The notes beneath the pieces were generated by a model that was given only the letters and a program-made list of their open reading frames with translations, was not told the DNA's origin and ran no database searches. Position numbers and translations under genes: made by a program. DNA of 63,927 nt, filler included, from Choristocarpus tenellus KU-1152 (Eukaryota > Protista > Phaeophyceae), in NCBI GenBank assembly GCA_964200185.2. It is 11 parts of 11 records of this genome, joined end to end, with 100 filler letters (N's around TTAATTAATTAA, not from the genome) between each part and the next. Parts side by side here need not be neighbours in the genome. Positions count along the whole stretch, not along the records: positions 24,701 to 27,685 come from CAXNAD020023146.1; positions 27,786 to 35,260 come from CAXNAD020006095.1; positions 35,361 to 45,060 come from CAXNAD020003465.1; 8 more parts are not named here. One strand, written 5' to 3'. Below, one piece after another: positions 24,843-36,728 of the stretch (position 1 is the first letter of the stretch; each line of letters starts with the position of its first letter).

Positions 24843-25221
24843 TCATTGCGTAGCGTGCACAATGGTGTACTCAAGAATTATATACTCCCCCTTTCCACAC
24901 ACAAAGTGAAAACACAATCAAGGAAAGGCTCTTGCTACAATTATACAAGATGGCATATTTCTTCCATTCCTCCAGATCCTAAAAAATACAACTTTTCCTA
25001 CCTCTCGATTGGTTTGGCTCTGTCCTCCCACAATACCCTACATACACAACATATATATAAAATGAAATTATTTACGTTAGTAGTAGCTATTGCTACATGC
25101 GAAGAGGTGGATACCTATAACTATCACCATATCTCCTCCCTTCTCTTCTACCTGTAGTAGTGTATTTTCATACAGCTCTTATTTCCTTCCATTTATGTAG
25201 ATATTAGAACACATCAGAAAA

Positions 25222-25274
25222 TGTTACAGGCGCCCCTCGAGCGCCTGTAACAAAAAATGTAAAAAGTTGTCTAG
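25222..25274 (+). mobile_element. Possible Helitron 3' terminus
   Basis: Perfect 12-bp stem TGTTACAGGCGC/GCGCCTGTAACA (25222-25252), followed 18 nt later by CTAG|T. Confidence 0.4.
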
Positions 25275-25438
25275 TTTTTTTGTTCTTCGACAGGGGCTTT
25301 TAGTACCCTCTCGAGTACATACCACCTAATCCACATGTCTGTCCATCTGTGTCCATCTGAAAATTCCAGCAACCTACTCAGATTTTTCTCTTTATTTTTA
25401 TACCCTCCACTACATTTATATATTGCACTGTTGCAAGT

Positions 25439-25959
25439 GAGTGAAAGTATCTTAGAGGGTATGAGTTTTGCCCTGTTTGTCCATTTGGGGCTTGGCTTCC
25501 CATGGGTTCTTTTATGATATTTTCCTACTCCAAAATGCTTAGGAGTAGGTTAAGTGTATATGTTATGAAAATTTGGGTCCAGAACATGGATATTGACACT
25601 GAGCCAAAGTATCTTAGAGGGCAGGGCCGTGTCCATTTCGGGAACAAAATCCAATGTTGCGATTTTGATGTAATTTTGGCCATTGTGTTTGTTAGAAAGT
25701 GTCAATATCCTTGTTCTGGACACACCTTCTCATAACATATACATTTTACCTACTTCGAAACACTTTGGAGTAGAAAAATGTCATTAAAAACCCCATAGGA
25801 TGTCAAGCTCCAAATTGACAAACAGGGCAAAACTCGTACCCTCTAAGATACTTTCACTCACTTCCTAACAAGCATGATAGCCAAAAGTACATCAGAATCG
25901 CAACAGTGGATTTTGGCCCCCAACTGGACGCGTCTCTACCCTCTAAGGTACTTTCGCTC
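25439..25959. mobile_element. MITE family A host copy interrupted by a nested family-A copy
   Basis: Consensus runs to GATATTGACACT (25600), resumes after the insert as ACT-TCCTAACAA, and ends CTCTAAGGTACTTTCGCTC. Confidence 0.92.
25601..25859. mobile_element. Nested MITE family A copy in opposite orientation, TSD ACT
   Basis: ACT|GAGCCAAAGTATCTTAGAGG ... CTCTAAGATACTTTCACTC|ACT. Confidence 0.95.
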
Positions 25960-26772
25960 TCAGCATCAAACTGAGAAGTAGGCATTAACTTATCCTTATC
26001 CCTAACTTGAAGACATCAAGTCCATTTCAAGGTGGTTGGCAAATATTTTATCCTTTGTAACCCCAATTGATCTACTCCCTACAGCAGCTCATATGCTCCC
26101 AGATTCCAAAGACGTTTGATTCATCAACAGCGTGCCCATCACTGATATATAATCGGGCGTGGAGGAAACGAATATGTGAGTATATCTATATCTTGATATT
26201 TCATACTTGAGACAAATCTGTCGCAACCATGACCTTGAAAGGTACAATCTAATCCATCTTGACCACCCCTATTGAACATACCACTGTGGCCCCTCCAACT
26301 ACTGCTCTGAAGCACAATTTACCTTTGATTAATAGGGAACCGTGAAGTACTATTTTCAAAGCAATCACTAAAGTCGGTTCATCCAGGATGGCAGGGACTA
26401 CACAAAAAAAAGTGAAACAGGTGCAGTCAAGTGAGTGCTCTGCAACTGAGTCTTATCAAGATGATGGAGGTGGGGGAATCCTATCAAATAACCATACATA
26501 CACACGCCAACAGAGCTGCTCAACAAAGTTCAAGAAGTGTGTCTCATTGAAGATATAGGATGATCCACTTGTTGCAAAACCTTCCCTGCACTCCCAATCC
26601 TAGCATTCCTCTGTTCAATTGTTTCTATTATCCATTACCCGCTGCCAACAACATCCTAAGACACTTCCATAGCTGCCTCCAGTTCCAAGAGCTTTTGAAA
26701 CCTCATTATGTTCATTATCCCTACTGCCTAGTTAAGTGCGCCAAAAGCACAAGACAAATACTACTCACGCAC

Positions 26773-27605
26773 TTGTGCCTTTAGCTCGTGTGCGTAGCTC
26801 TTCATGACCCGTTTTCGGTCTCTTTTCCTGGCCAAATTGCCTGCAGCATATGCCTCTCCCTCTGAGCGGAAGCCTTCAGCGAACCGAAGTTCTTCTGCCT
26901 GCTCTGCCTGGAGGATCAGGGTCGTGGGTGAGAGCACAGGGAAATCATCCTTGAGCATGCATGATGCAACAGAAACAAGGTAGTTGCCTCGAGTAAGGCT
27001 GATGGAGCCTACTATGCCACCTCTGAAGAATATAGCAAGTCAATGCTAGAACAATTGAGTGATACCAAGGTTAGGTGAATGCATCCTATGGGTTCAAATG
27101 TGAACACATACATTCATTGTTATCTCCATCCGCCAATACCATGCATTTTACTGTAAGCACATGGGTCCTGTGTGATATATTGAAGCCACTTTCAACGACC
27201 TTATTTCCTCATTTGGGAGTCTAATAACATCTTTGAGATGTCTTGTTGGAAAGCTGATCAGCTCCAGGGACTAGCTATACCTGACTTCCAGATAGATCTT
27301 GCACCACTACAAGGTTTGCTCTGGTGGACTCTAGGATTGTGCTTGGGTCACTACAAGGATCCTGATTCTAGCTGTGATTGCTGGTATTCCTAAGTTTGAG
27401 GGTCACATTGCAGCACATGAACCACACAAAAACACATCCCCAAACCCCTCATATTCCCAGCCCCAAACTATGAAAAATGTTTGAAGGCTAGCCCCATTCC
27501 TGCATTTTGTGGCCTTGCCTCCTTCCTGGCCTCCTTTTCGTGGATGATGCGCCTGTTTTCCTCGAGGCAGCGGAGCTTGTTCATCCGCAAAGTTTCCTTG
27601 TCACG
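26773..27605 (-). CDS. Charged coiled-coil protein (trichohyalin/plectin-like composition), two internal exons
   Basis: Exons 27519-27605 (RDKETLRMNKLRCLEENRRIIHEKEARKE) and 26773-26907 (AEQAEELRFAEGFRSEGEAYAAGNLARKRDRKRVMKSYAHELKAQ). Joining them requires a GC donor. Confidence 0.7.
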
Positions 27606-27665
27606 CTGGGATTGATGGGTATAGGGGGTGGAGAGAGAGAGAGAGTGGAGTTGCACAAAGCAAAA

Positions 27666-27685
27666 GGCTCAAAATATCTGGGGGG
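27666..27685. mobile_element. MITE family B/C left TIR at contig end
   Basis: GGCTCAAAATATCTGGGGGG. Confidence 0.65.
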
Positions 27686-27785
27686 NNNNNNNNNNNNNNN
27701 NNNNNNNNNNNNNNNNNNNNNNNNNNNNNTTAATTAATTAANNNNNNNNNNNNNNNNNNNNNNNNNNNNNNNNNNNNNNNNNNNN

Positions 27786-27946
27786 GTGTCAATATCGATG
27801 TTCTGGACACACCTTCTAATAACATATACATTTTACACACTCCGAAACATTTTGGAGTAGGAAAATGTCATTAAAAAACCCATGGGAAGCCAAGATCCAA
27901 ATGGACAAACAGGGCAAAAATCGTACCCTCTAAGATACTTTCAATC
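27786..27946. mobile_element. MITE family A right part (contig start)
   Basis: Matches the consensus up to CGTACCCTCTAAGATACTTTCAATC. Confidence 0.92.
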
Positions 27947-28288
27947 TCTTTTAAACAACTTCTCCCTACTGTGGTCCTATCACATGCGATACTATAATTG
28001 ATGCAAGACAGGGATCATCGTTTTGAGACAGATATTGATAGAATTGGTGGTGGGGATCATCCCACTGTCCAAGCCACTGTGCCCAGCACACAGCTGCCAA
28101 CTGCTTATATACCAACCGAAGTCGGACCTGTTAAACCCAATTGTGGGTGAAGGCCTCCGACATAGTGGTGACAGTCCGGAAGGATAAAATGTCAGGGGTG
28201 GTGCGATGAAGTTCACTGGCAAGCTCAGGGTCTGGAAGAGATTTTTCTCTCTACAAGAGAAGGCAGCCACCAAAGGCCCAACCATCCA

Positions 28289-28544
28289 GAGTGAAAGTAT
28301 CTTAGAGGGTACGAGTTTTGCCCTGTTTGTCCATTTGGGGCTTGGCTTCCCTTGGGGTTTTTATTACATTTTCCTACTCGAAAAAGTTCGGAGTAGGTAA
28401 AATGTACACGTTATAAAAATGTGTGTCCGGAACAAGGATATTGACACTTCTTAATAAACGCGATAGCCAAAATTACATGGAAATCGCAACATTGTATTTT
28501 GGCCCCCAAATGGACGCAGCTCTACCCTCTAAGATACTTTGCTC
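28289..28544. mobile_element. MITE family A, full length
   Basis: GAGTGAAAGTATCTTAGAGGGTACG ... TACCCTCTAAGATACTTTGCTC. Flanks share CA, so TSD length is ambiguous. Confidence 0.95.
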
Positions 28545-28599
28545 CAGTTATTGGACTACTCCAACTACTAATATTATATATGCTACCAGTGCTTTCTGA

Positions 28600-29430
28600 C
28601 TCAGTTGGAGGAGTCTATTCGGACAATTCGACCCCCTCCTCATAAGCCTTACTAGCGGTGGTTGTAGAGACTACGTCCACTAGTTCATCCTGAACGACCT
28701 GTGCCCAGGTCTCAACTACACCTTCCCGCCCTCCTAGTTGTAGCCATTCCTGAGCCGCCTAGTGATGCTGTTTGTTCGTCGACAGCTCACCAGCTTTCAT
28801 CTGGAGGTTGCCTGATACCTCTATCTGAATGTTGTCCAATACCTCTACCAAGTCATATTCACAGTCTCCGTTATCCTCCTCTCCTTGTCCGACGCCCATA
28901 CTCAGTTTCTGCAGGAGCTCTCTGGGGATCATGAACATTTTGGTCATATGCACCATGAAGTACACGACCCACGGTTACGGCGAGCCCAGGTTGCATTGGG
29001 GTAACTTTATATGCTTGCCAGCCAGCACCTACGGACAGGTCAGGACGCGGAGTATAGAACAGGGATTCATTGTGAAACAAGACAATGGAAGCTATGTCTG
29101 GGGGAACACAAAAGCGGTCAGCGATTAGGTCATTGCAATGATAAGGTATATCTCAACATAGGGCACAGTAGCAGTTGTACAGCAGTTGCACGGTTCAAAC
29201 ACTACTACAGTCGTGCAGACAGTAGTACTACAACACAAATAGCACGTATAAAAAACTTACCTTGAGTGCCGTGGTTTCCTATCCACCTTCCCGTCACCCT
29301 TTTGACTTGTCAGAAGCTGCGTTTGAAGCACTTCTTGCTCCATCTTGTGTTCAGTTAAGTAAGTCCAGAACTTCACCTTTCTGCCCCAAAGATAATATAT
29401 TTCGTTTATTGGCGCCCCCTGATGATTCCA
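28600..29430 (-). pseudogene. Degenerate, internally deleted pogo/Tigger-like transposase relic
   Basis: In order across frameshifts: KRNILSLGQKGEVLDLL (CENP-B/psq HTH-like, 29357-29410), FHNESLFY..P (resembling N.DETGLFY..P), VRRCWL, and an acidic tail with AAQEWL...DELVDVV. Confidence 0.45.
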
Positions 29431-31332
29431 TATGATCCCTCTTGTGCTTTACCGTACTGGAGAAGACACTGTCCCCAACCTTGTTGTTGGTGCTTTCCCC
29501 CAAATCTGACCCCGTGGCAGACAGCTATAACTTCAAGATGCAAGAATGCTTGTTCCAGTTGGAGGAGATGAAGTCCTTGACGAAACTATGAGTTCATCAT
29601 CACTGGTTCCCTCATCTCTCTTCTCCTCCTCAGAGGTGTGGAATCGAGGTGCAGTAGCCTACTCATCTCATCGTCACCATCTGGATCCCATGGTCCCACA
29701 AATTCCAATTAATGCAGTGTCCGTGCATACATTTGCACCTAGTGAAACATGGTCCGGATTCGATGGCAGGAATAAGACAGTGGTCTTTCGCTGCACACGG
29801 CATGGTCAAAGTGCGCAGGATATACACTGGAATGGCACTGCTTGGATGACTGTATGGCCATAGACCGAGTTCTTACCTCCCTTAGTCTGGGAGGTCTGTT
29901 CGGGGTAAGGCATCTCTGTCCAATGTTACTACCCGAAACATCTCATACACGAAACAAAACTAAGAACATGATATTTTTTGCTCCAAACAAAAATTACACG
30001 CCTTATTGGTTGGCATGTATACTTACACTGAAAATATATATTTCCTTCATGTGAAACAGGTGGAAACAAGCCGACAGGTTCTTCGAAATGAAGGGAAGCG
30101 GGAAGACCCACAGGAGGACAGATCAAAGAGAGACAAAGTCAAAGAGGGAGAGCAATCCCTCAGAAATTCACTCAGGAAAAGAGTAAACAAGTGGGAAAGT
30201 GAAGGAGGGGGGTTTGGTAAGGTCACTCAAACCACCAAATGTCACATGAATGTCATGATGTTTAAGATAGGTCACCTTAAGGGTATAACTTCTGTGGAAG
30301 ATGGCTCTCACATTCATTTCTAATTACATGTATGAACTGCTTATTCGGAATAATACACACTATGTTTAGTAAAATCACAACAATGTTTCCTTCCGAAAAT
30401 GACAGAAAAAGGGGCATTTTTTCTTCACAGGTCGGTATTTAACTGTCAAGATTCTGGAGTTGTGAATTGAGGGTGATTATGTTCCTGTACGAAAAAAATC
30501 GTAATCAACTGAGTGGTACGAAATATTTTTACACTGATTGTTCATTTATTTCGCGCCGTCCACAACACACCCCTTCAAAACATGTGGTCTTATTCCCCCG
30601 AAGAAATACGAGTACACATGTCCTTTCGTCACTCCCTTAAACATTTGCGTGTTGCATTTTGCACCATAAAATAGAGCAGGTAGATCCCTGATCCTTAGCG
30701 TAGGGAATTACAAACTCATTCGATCAACCCAGTGGTGATGGTCTGGATGGTGTAGTAGTAGACGATTCGGTCCTGGGGGAGCCTTCGCCTCGAGTGGTAC
30801 GATCACAGTTCCCCCGTAGGAAGTGTTCATCATGGTCGAGTAATAAGCTTTAACAGAACTGGAACATAACTAAGACCAGTGGCGCAACATTGCTCCCTGG
30901 TGGGATTTCTTCCATGTTTACACAAAGGGGCAGGAATAACTCGACGGCAGTCTGTCTCCTTTGAGTCAAACTCAAGCAGTGGGATTGTGCCAAAATAAAA
31001 AGGGCAACATCTAAGTCAACAATTTCAGGGTCTTGCACGGTGTGTCAGAAATCAAGAGATCAAGAAAGTCCATCTACAAGGTCCAAAGCGCATGGCAAAG
31101 ACAGAGAAGCCACGGAGCTAGTTATATAGCACTATACAACCTGCTAGAGCAATCACAATACTACATAGCACTCAGACCAGTTTGAGTGAAGTACAAGAAT
31201 AATTATGTATGCAATGCATCACATTCTTGTATAACGGTATAGATTTGTTTTGCTCACGAATTCTGGATTATTTTTATCTTATTCTATGTTTGCATTCCAC
31301 CCATTCCCCTCCTCCCCATTGTACCACCATTT

Positions 31333-31550
31333 ATGACCAACCAGTGGGAACCCCTTCACCACTGATTTCCAGTCACCTCCCCCCCCTGCGATGACCAACC
31401 AATACGAACCCCTTTCGCAATTGATTTCCAGTTACCGCACACCTCTGATGACCAACCAGTGCGAATCCCTCTGACACTGATTTCCAGTCACCCCCCCATT
31501 GTGATGACCAACCAGTGCGAACCCCCTTCGCCACTGATTTCCAGTCACCA
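31333..31550. repeat. Minisatellite, about 4 x 56-58 bp
   Basis: Units ATGACCAACCAGTGCGAACCCC..CACTGATTTCCAGTCACC.. start at 31333, 31391, 31448 and 31504. Confidence 0.92.
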
Positions 31551-33725
31551 TCCCACCCTTCAACCCCACACCATTTACCACTCCCCCACACCACTCAGCA
31601 CCACTCCACAATCATCCAAGAATACCCCTTCATCATCCACTTCATACCGTGCCTTTTAACTAGAAGACATCTACCCCAGCCGAACTTGACCTCTCCTCCC
31701 TTTACCTAGCATCCCAATCAGTCGAAAGCAAGCGAAAGGGTGGGTGGGCGGGAAAGCTTACTTGGAGGTTGTCTTGTTCTAGCCTCTACTCGTCTTGTAC
31801 CACTAGCCCTCGGTTTTCTTTACATACTAACCATTGCTTCTTACATTGTGCCTCCACCTACCAACCAATTCTTTAACTTCTCTCCTGCCTTTTCTGCCTC
31901 CTAACCACTCAGTACTTAACTCTTCGTTCACCCCTTGCTACTTTTTCTTTTTCCTTCCTCACCTCTTCCTCCCCTGTACCACATTACCGCCAGAATTCTT
32001 CAGCCCACAAAACTCTGATTACTTCATAAACTTTCCCGTTATATGACTGTTTGGCTGGACTTGAAGTACAACAACATTAAACAATGTGTATTACAATGTT
32101 GTAAAGCATTGTTTGATATAACTATTTGAACTGGACATTACGTGTTATGGACTACCCACTACACTTGTACCGTTGAACTTTGGTTCTACCAAAGTCCCCC
32201 CTTAGAATTGGTGTTCTCTTCTCTTTTTCTCGGTTGTCTTCACACCTTCACCCTACCTTCACAGATAGAAGAACCATTCAGTGTGTAATAACAGAGACAC
32301 TGAGAATACCAATTTATCTTTATTCCTCTTCAGGACCTACAAGATCGAAGAGTCCAGACTATCTATGATCTTTCCAACATGGCGTAATGTTGCTTGGAAG
32401 TGAGACAGCTAGCTACAGAGTTAGAGCCGTATGATCGAGCGGTCGGTACGTGTTTGCTGTAAATGTTTGGTTGTAAATGGTGTGATACCGGGAGTTGAGA
32501 CAGCTGTGGAAGTAGGACTTCTCGGTGGCATTAAATCTCGGTACACGGTGCAGTGTGATGTTGGAAGTTACGATATGTACAGGAGTAGAACTATATACTA
32601 TACTACAGATTTGAGGAGTGTGCGTGTATGTGGCATTGAATCTGAGTGTAAGGTGCAATGTGATGTTGGAAGTTGCGACATCATTTAGAGATTTCTAGGA
32701 TATAGTGTATGCGGAGGGGTGCACACATGTGAGGCAGCAGATTTCGTTAGAGAGAGAGTAGAGTAGTGTCAAGTTAGAAGTTAAGGCAGGTGTAGGAGGG
32801 GTATGACGTGATGCTTGAGCAATGTGTACGGTTGTGACATGAAGGTAGGGTGGAAGGTGTATTGTGAAGTAGTTACTTATCATTTGAAATAGTGGGTAAG
32901 ATTAGGAGTAAAGCTCAATGCGGTGAATATGTTTCTCTTATTTGTCACGGGTATTGTGAAGGTTGAAGCGTGATATTGTCAGTTGTTATAGTTGTAAGAT
33001 TGGGACTTAATGCTGAAGGTGGCGAAGTGTTTCTCTCGTATCTCCATGGGTGGGGCCAATAACCACTCCATATACTTTGAGTCTGGAGGGTAATACTTGT
33101 ATTGTTGCCAGAGCATGGCATACTCTCTTGTGGAACTTGTACTGGATGTTGTGGAGGACTCAAACTCTACACGACCTGGTGCTTTCGAAATGCCTCTATT
33201 GCAGTGATCAGCGTACGAAATACATCTTTAAGGAATCAAAGTGCTTCATCCCTGTCGGAGAGGTGGTCCTCTGGGATGAGGAGGTACAGACCAGCAAGAC
33301 ATTGCGATTGGTTCTCAGCTGAGGACCCTTATCCCTCAGCGAAGAATCCCCTATGCTGTATCCAAATGTCAACCTGCCTAAAGTTTACACCCTGAACCCT
33401 GTGGTCAGCGGGGTAGGTGGCAGGCGGGGTGGTACTGTATGGGTTGGGTGCCGTAGTTGGAGATCAACTGGTACAGGGGTTACCTGCTGCCAAGATTATG
33501 GATATGTGCTGCGTCAAGGAAAAAGTAGCAGGGTTTGCAAACTTACTGATATCTAATAATGCGTTGTAGCGTAGGTACCTGTGCAGTGCCAGGGATACTG
33601 AAGTGGAGTGTGCGAGTTTAATGTATACCTCATGCGAATTAGTGTGGGGATATGAATGGGATGATTGGTAGTTGATATATGTATCACTGTACAGAAAAGA
33701 TCAAGAAATGTACGGGATAAGTATT

Positions 33726-33985
33726 GAGTGAAAGTATCTTAGAGGGTACGAGTTTTTCCCTGCTTGTCCATTTGGGCCTTGGTTTGCCACGGGTTTTTAA
33801 TGACAGTTACCTACTCCAAAATGTTTCGGAGTAGGTAAAATGCCTGCGTTATGAAAAGATGTGTCCAGAACAAGGATATTGACATCTCCTAAGAACCATG
33901 ATAGCCAAAATTACATCAAAATTGCANNNNNNNNNNTTTTGGTCCCCAAATGGACGCGACTCTACCCTCTGAGGTACTTTGACTC
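33726..33985. mobile_element. MITE family A, full length, TSD ATT
   Basis: ATT|GAGTGAAAGTATCTTAGAGGGTACG ... TACCCTCTGAGGTACTTTGACTC|ATT. Confidence 0.95.
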
Positions 33986-35157
33986 ATTTGCTTTTCCGTG
34001 TTATGTGTGATGCTCGATACAGTAATGATGTAGAAAGGGGCGAAGGTGCCAAGTTAGAGGGCCTGCTGCATCGCTTGATGTGAATTGCCTGAAAGAAGAG
34101 GTGAACTTACATTGGTGTATGTGCCAGCCACAGCCTTAATCCTATGTATCCATATGTTGCCAAGCGTACAGTAGAGGCAAGTGTAGGAATGGGAGAGACT
34201 ACGAAAGATGACTGTTGCTGTACCAAAGGAGTAAAGCAAATGTACGACACACGAGAGTAGTAGAGTGCTAAGGAGGGGTGAAAGTATACACTGATGAGTG
34301 GGTTGGCACGTATTGCTGTGCAGAGGAGGTGAAGATATGAACGGGGGAGGTGGTATTTGATGTTTCTAAATACGGGGAAATAGGCTGTGGTATATGAATG
34401 GGCTGATTGGTACTTGATGTGTATAAGTGTCCAAACAGGTGGAGTCATTGATTAGATGAGTGTCACTCGATGTCCATTGCTGTATGGAAGACGTGAAGTT
34501 ACGCATGGGATAAGTGGTGCTCCATGTACAGGGGTGTATAGAAGACATCGAGGGATGATTGGACTGAACTATGCTTCATCTGTATAGGTGTAGGAAAGAG
34601 GTGAAGATGTGAACGGAGTGATTGCCAGTTGATATGATATGCACCGGTAAACAAGCAGGTGGACGGGATGCATGACATGAGCGGTAGATAAATAATATTT
34701 TGTGTATAGAAGGGGTAAATTGAGGAACGGGTGAGTGTTGCTGGATTAGAGTTGGTGAAGGACTGTAGAAGACAAGAAGTACATGAAGGGAATTGGTGCA
34801 AAACAGGAGTGAGTTTAGATATCGATGAATGTTACTTGATGTGTATCACTGAGGAGAAGAGGTCAAGGGTGTATGCTAGAGATATTATCCTTAACCCCTG
34901 TATAGATGTAGGAATAGCTTGTCCTATGAATGGACTGATTGGTGCTTGATAGGTTATCAATTTCATTAGTCGTGCTTGGTCTGTTACTATACAAAAGAGG
35001 TTGAATTATACACGGGATAAGCGGAGGTTAACATACAAAGGTGTAGAAAAGGGTTGTTGATGAGTGAGTAGGGTGAGTAATATCATACGTTGTATGGATT
35101 GATCCACAGGAGGTAAAGGTACGGATGAATGGATATTGGAAATGCACGTGTACTGCT

Positions 35158-35260
35158 GTACCAACGTATCTGGGGGGGGGAGGGTCTACACCAGGGTGTC
35201 CATGTGGACCAAAATCAGGTAAATTACATTTACATTATCCATCCGATGTATGCAACCAAA
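35158..35260. mobile_element. MITE family B (reverse orientation, truncated by contig end)
   Basis: CCAACGTATCTGGGGGGGGGAGGGTCTACACCAGGGTGTCCATGTGG. Confidence 0.82.
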
Positions 35261-35796
35261 NNNNNNNNNNNNNNNNNNNNNNNNNNNNNNNNNNNNNNNN
35301 NNNNTTAATTAATTAANNNNNNNNNNNNNNNNNNNNNNNNNNNNNNNNNNNNNNNNNNNNCTTTTTGTGATGTAACTTTTTTTTCCTTTGTTGTGGGGGG
35401 GGGGGGAGACTGAGGAGGAATTTGAACGATCTGTTTGCGGTCGATTGTACTTTTCTTTTTTTTGGTGTGTACTACTAGAGTATTGATAATGATACATTGA
35501 TAGTGGTGTTGATATTCACTATTGGTATTTTTGTGTTGATAATGTTCACTTTTGTTGGTCTAATGTTACGATTGATCTTATAGAGTTCTCCCAAGTGTCA
35601 TGTCATGTCATGTCATGTCATGTCATGCATGGTATGCGTGAAGGTCCTTGTTGACTTGATTGCTCTTACTGTTAGCGAAGCACTTGTGAATGAAGTCAAC
35701 AATGTTGGTGTTATTGATTTGTGTCAATACTATTATATGGAGTGGTTATTGTCAATAGGTTATCTATTTCGCTGCCTTGCTGCAGTGGTCTGTCAA

Positions 35797-35990
35797 TGTT
35801 GATGGTAGTGTGTTGGTTTTATCTTGTTAATGGTAATGCATTGGTTTTATCTTTTTGATGGTAATGTGTTGGTTTTATCTTGTTGATGTTAGTGTGTTGG
35901 TTTTAACTTGTTGATGTTAGTGTGTTGGTTTTATCTTGATGATGTTAGTGTGTTGGTTTTATCTTGTTATTGGTAGTGTTTTGGTTTTTT
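35797..35990. repeat. 28-bp tandem repeat, about 7 copies
   Basis: Unit GATG(G/T)TAGTGTGTTGGTTTTATCTTGTT. Confidence 0.9.
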
Positions 35991-36728
35991 CATGTTACCT
36001 AACTCTGCTAAGCCCCACCCCCATACATCTTACATCTTAGTGTCAGGTAAAACTTAGTGTAGTTCAACTGATCATCTGTCCTTTCTGTTTGTCTGCGAGA
36101 AGATTGTTAGTACAGGCAAACAGTTACAGTTATCTCTCATCCTCATGCGTCTCTATCTCTCATCCTCATGCGTCTGCTCGCATAGAAGTTCTTGCTCTAT
36201 TTTCTTATTCTTGAAACAGTTTGAAGATGAGACCAGTTATTTATTTTCTTACTCTTGAAACAGTTTGAAGATGAGACCAGTTATTTATTTTGTTACTCTT
36301 CACTATCCAAATGTCTCATGGATTGGTCCGACTCTTACTGACTCTAAGTGAATCGCCGTTATTTACTCTCCCCTCTTACTCTACATCTCATGCGTCTGCT
36401 CACCGCCTTACTCTTGTGTGTTCTAGTGTTTACTCTGGATGTTGTCATTAATAATAATAATAATAATGATCATAATGATGATGATGATAACGAAAATATT
36501 CCTTGAGTGTATTATTTTTATTGTATTGTATTATTTTTTCTGCATTACACTATTGGTATTTTTGACACTACCTTGCTTGGTCTTATTTATATCTCTATAT
36601 ATATTTGGTACTAGGTAGGATGTGTTAGACTCATGTTGGTAGTGGTGTAGTGAGCACTACTGTTTTGAACAACTTGATTATTTTATACTGTGTAAGACAA
36701 CTTGATTCTTTTGAATGGATGCCATTAG

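Noticed and set aside
28206-28400. Recurrent peptide ESILEG.SFALFVHLGLGFP in several ORFs as a protein domain
   Set aside because: It is the translated left end of the non-coding family-A MITE, and the frame is not maintained among copies.
31333-31550. CRISPR-like array
   Set aside because: The whole ~57-bp unit is repeated with no unique spacers, there are no cas genes, and the context is eukaryotic. It is an ordinary minisatellite.
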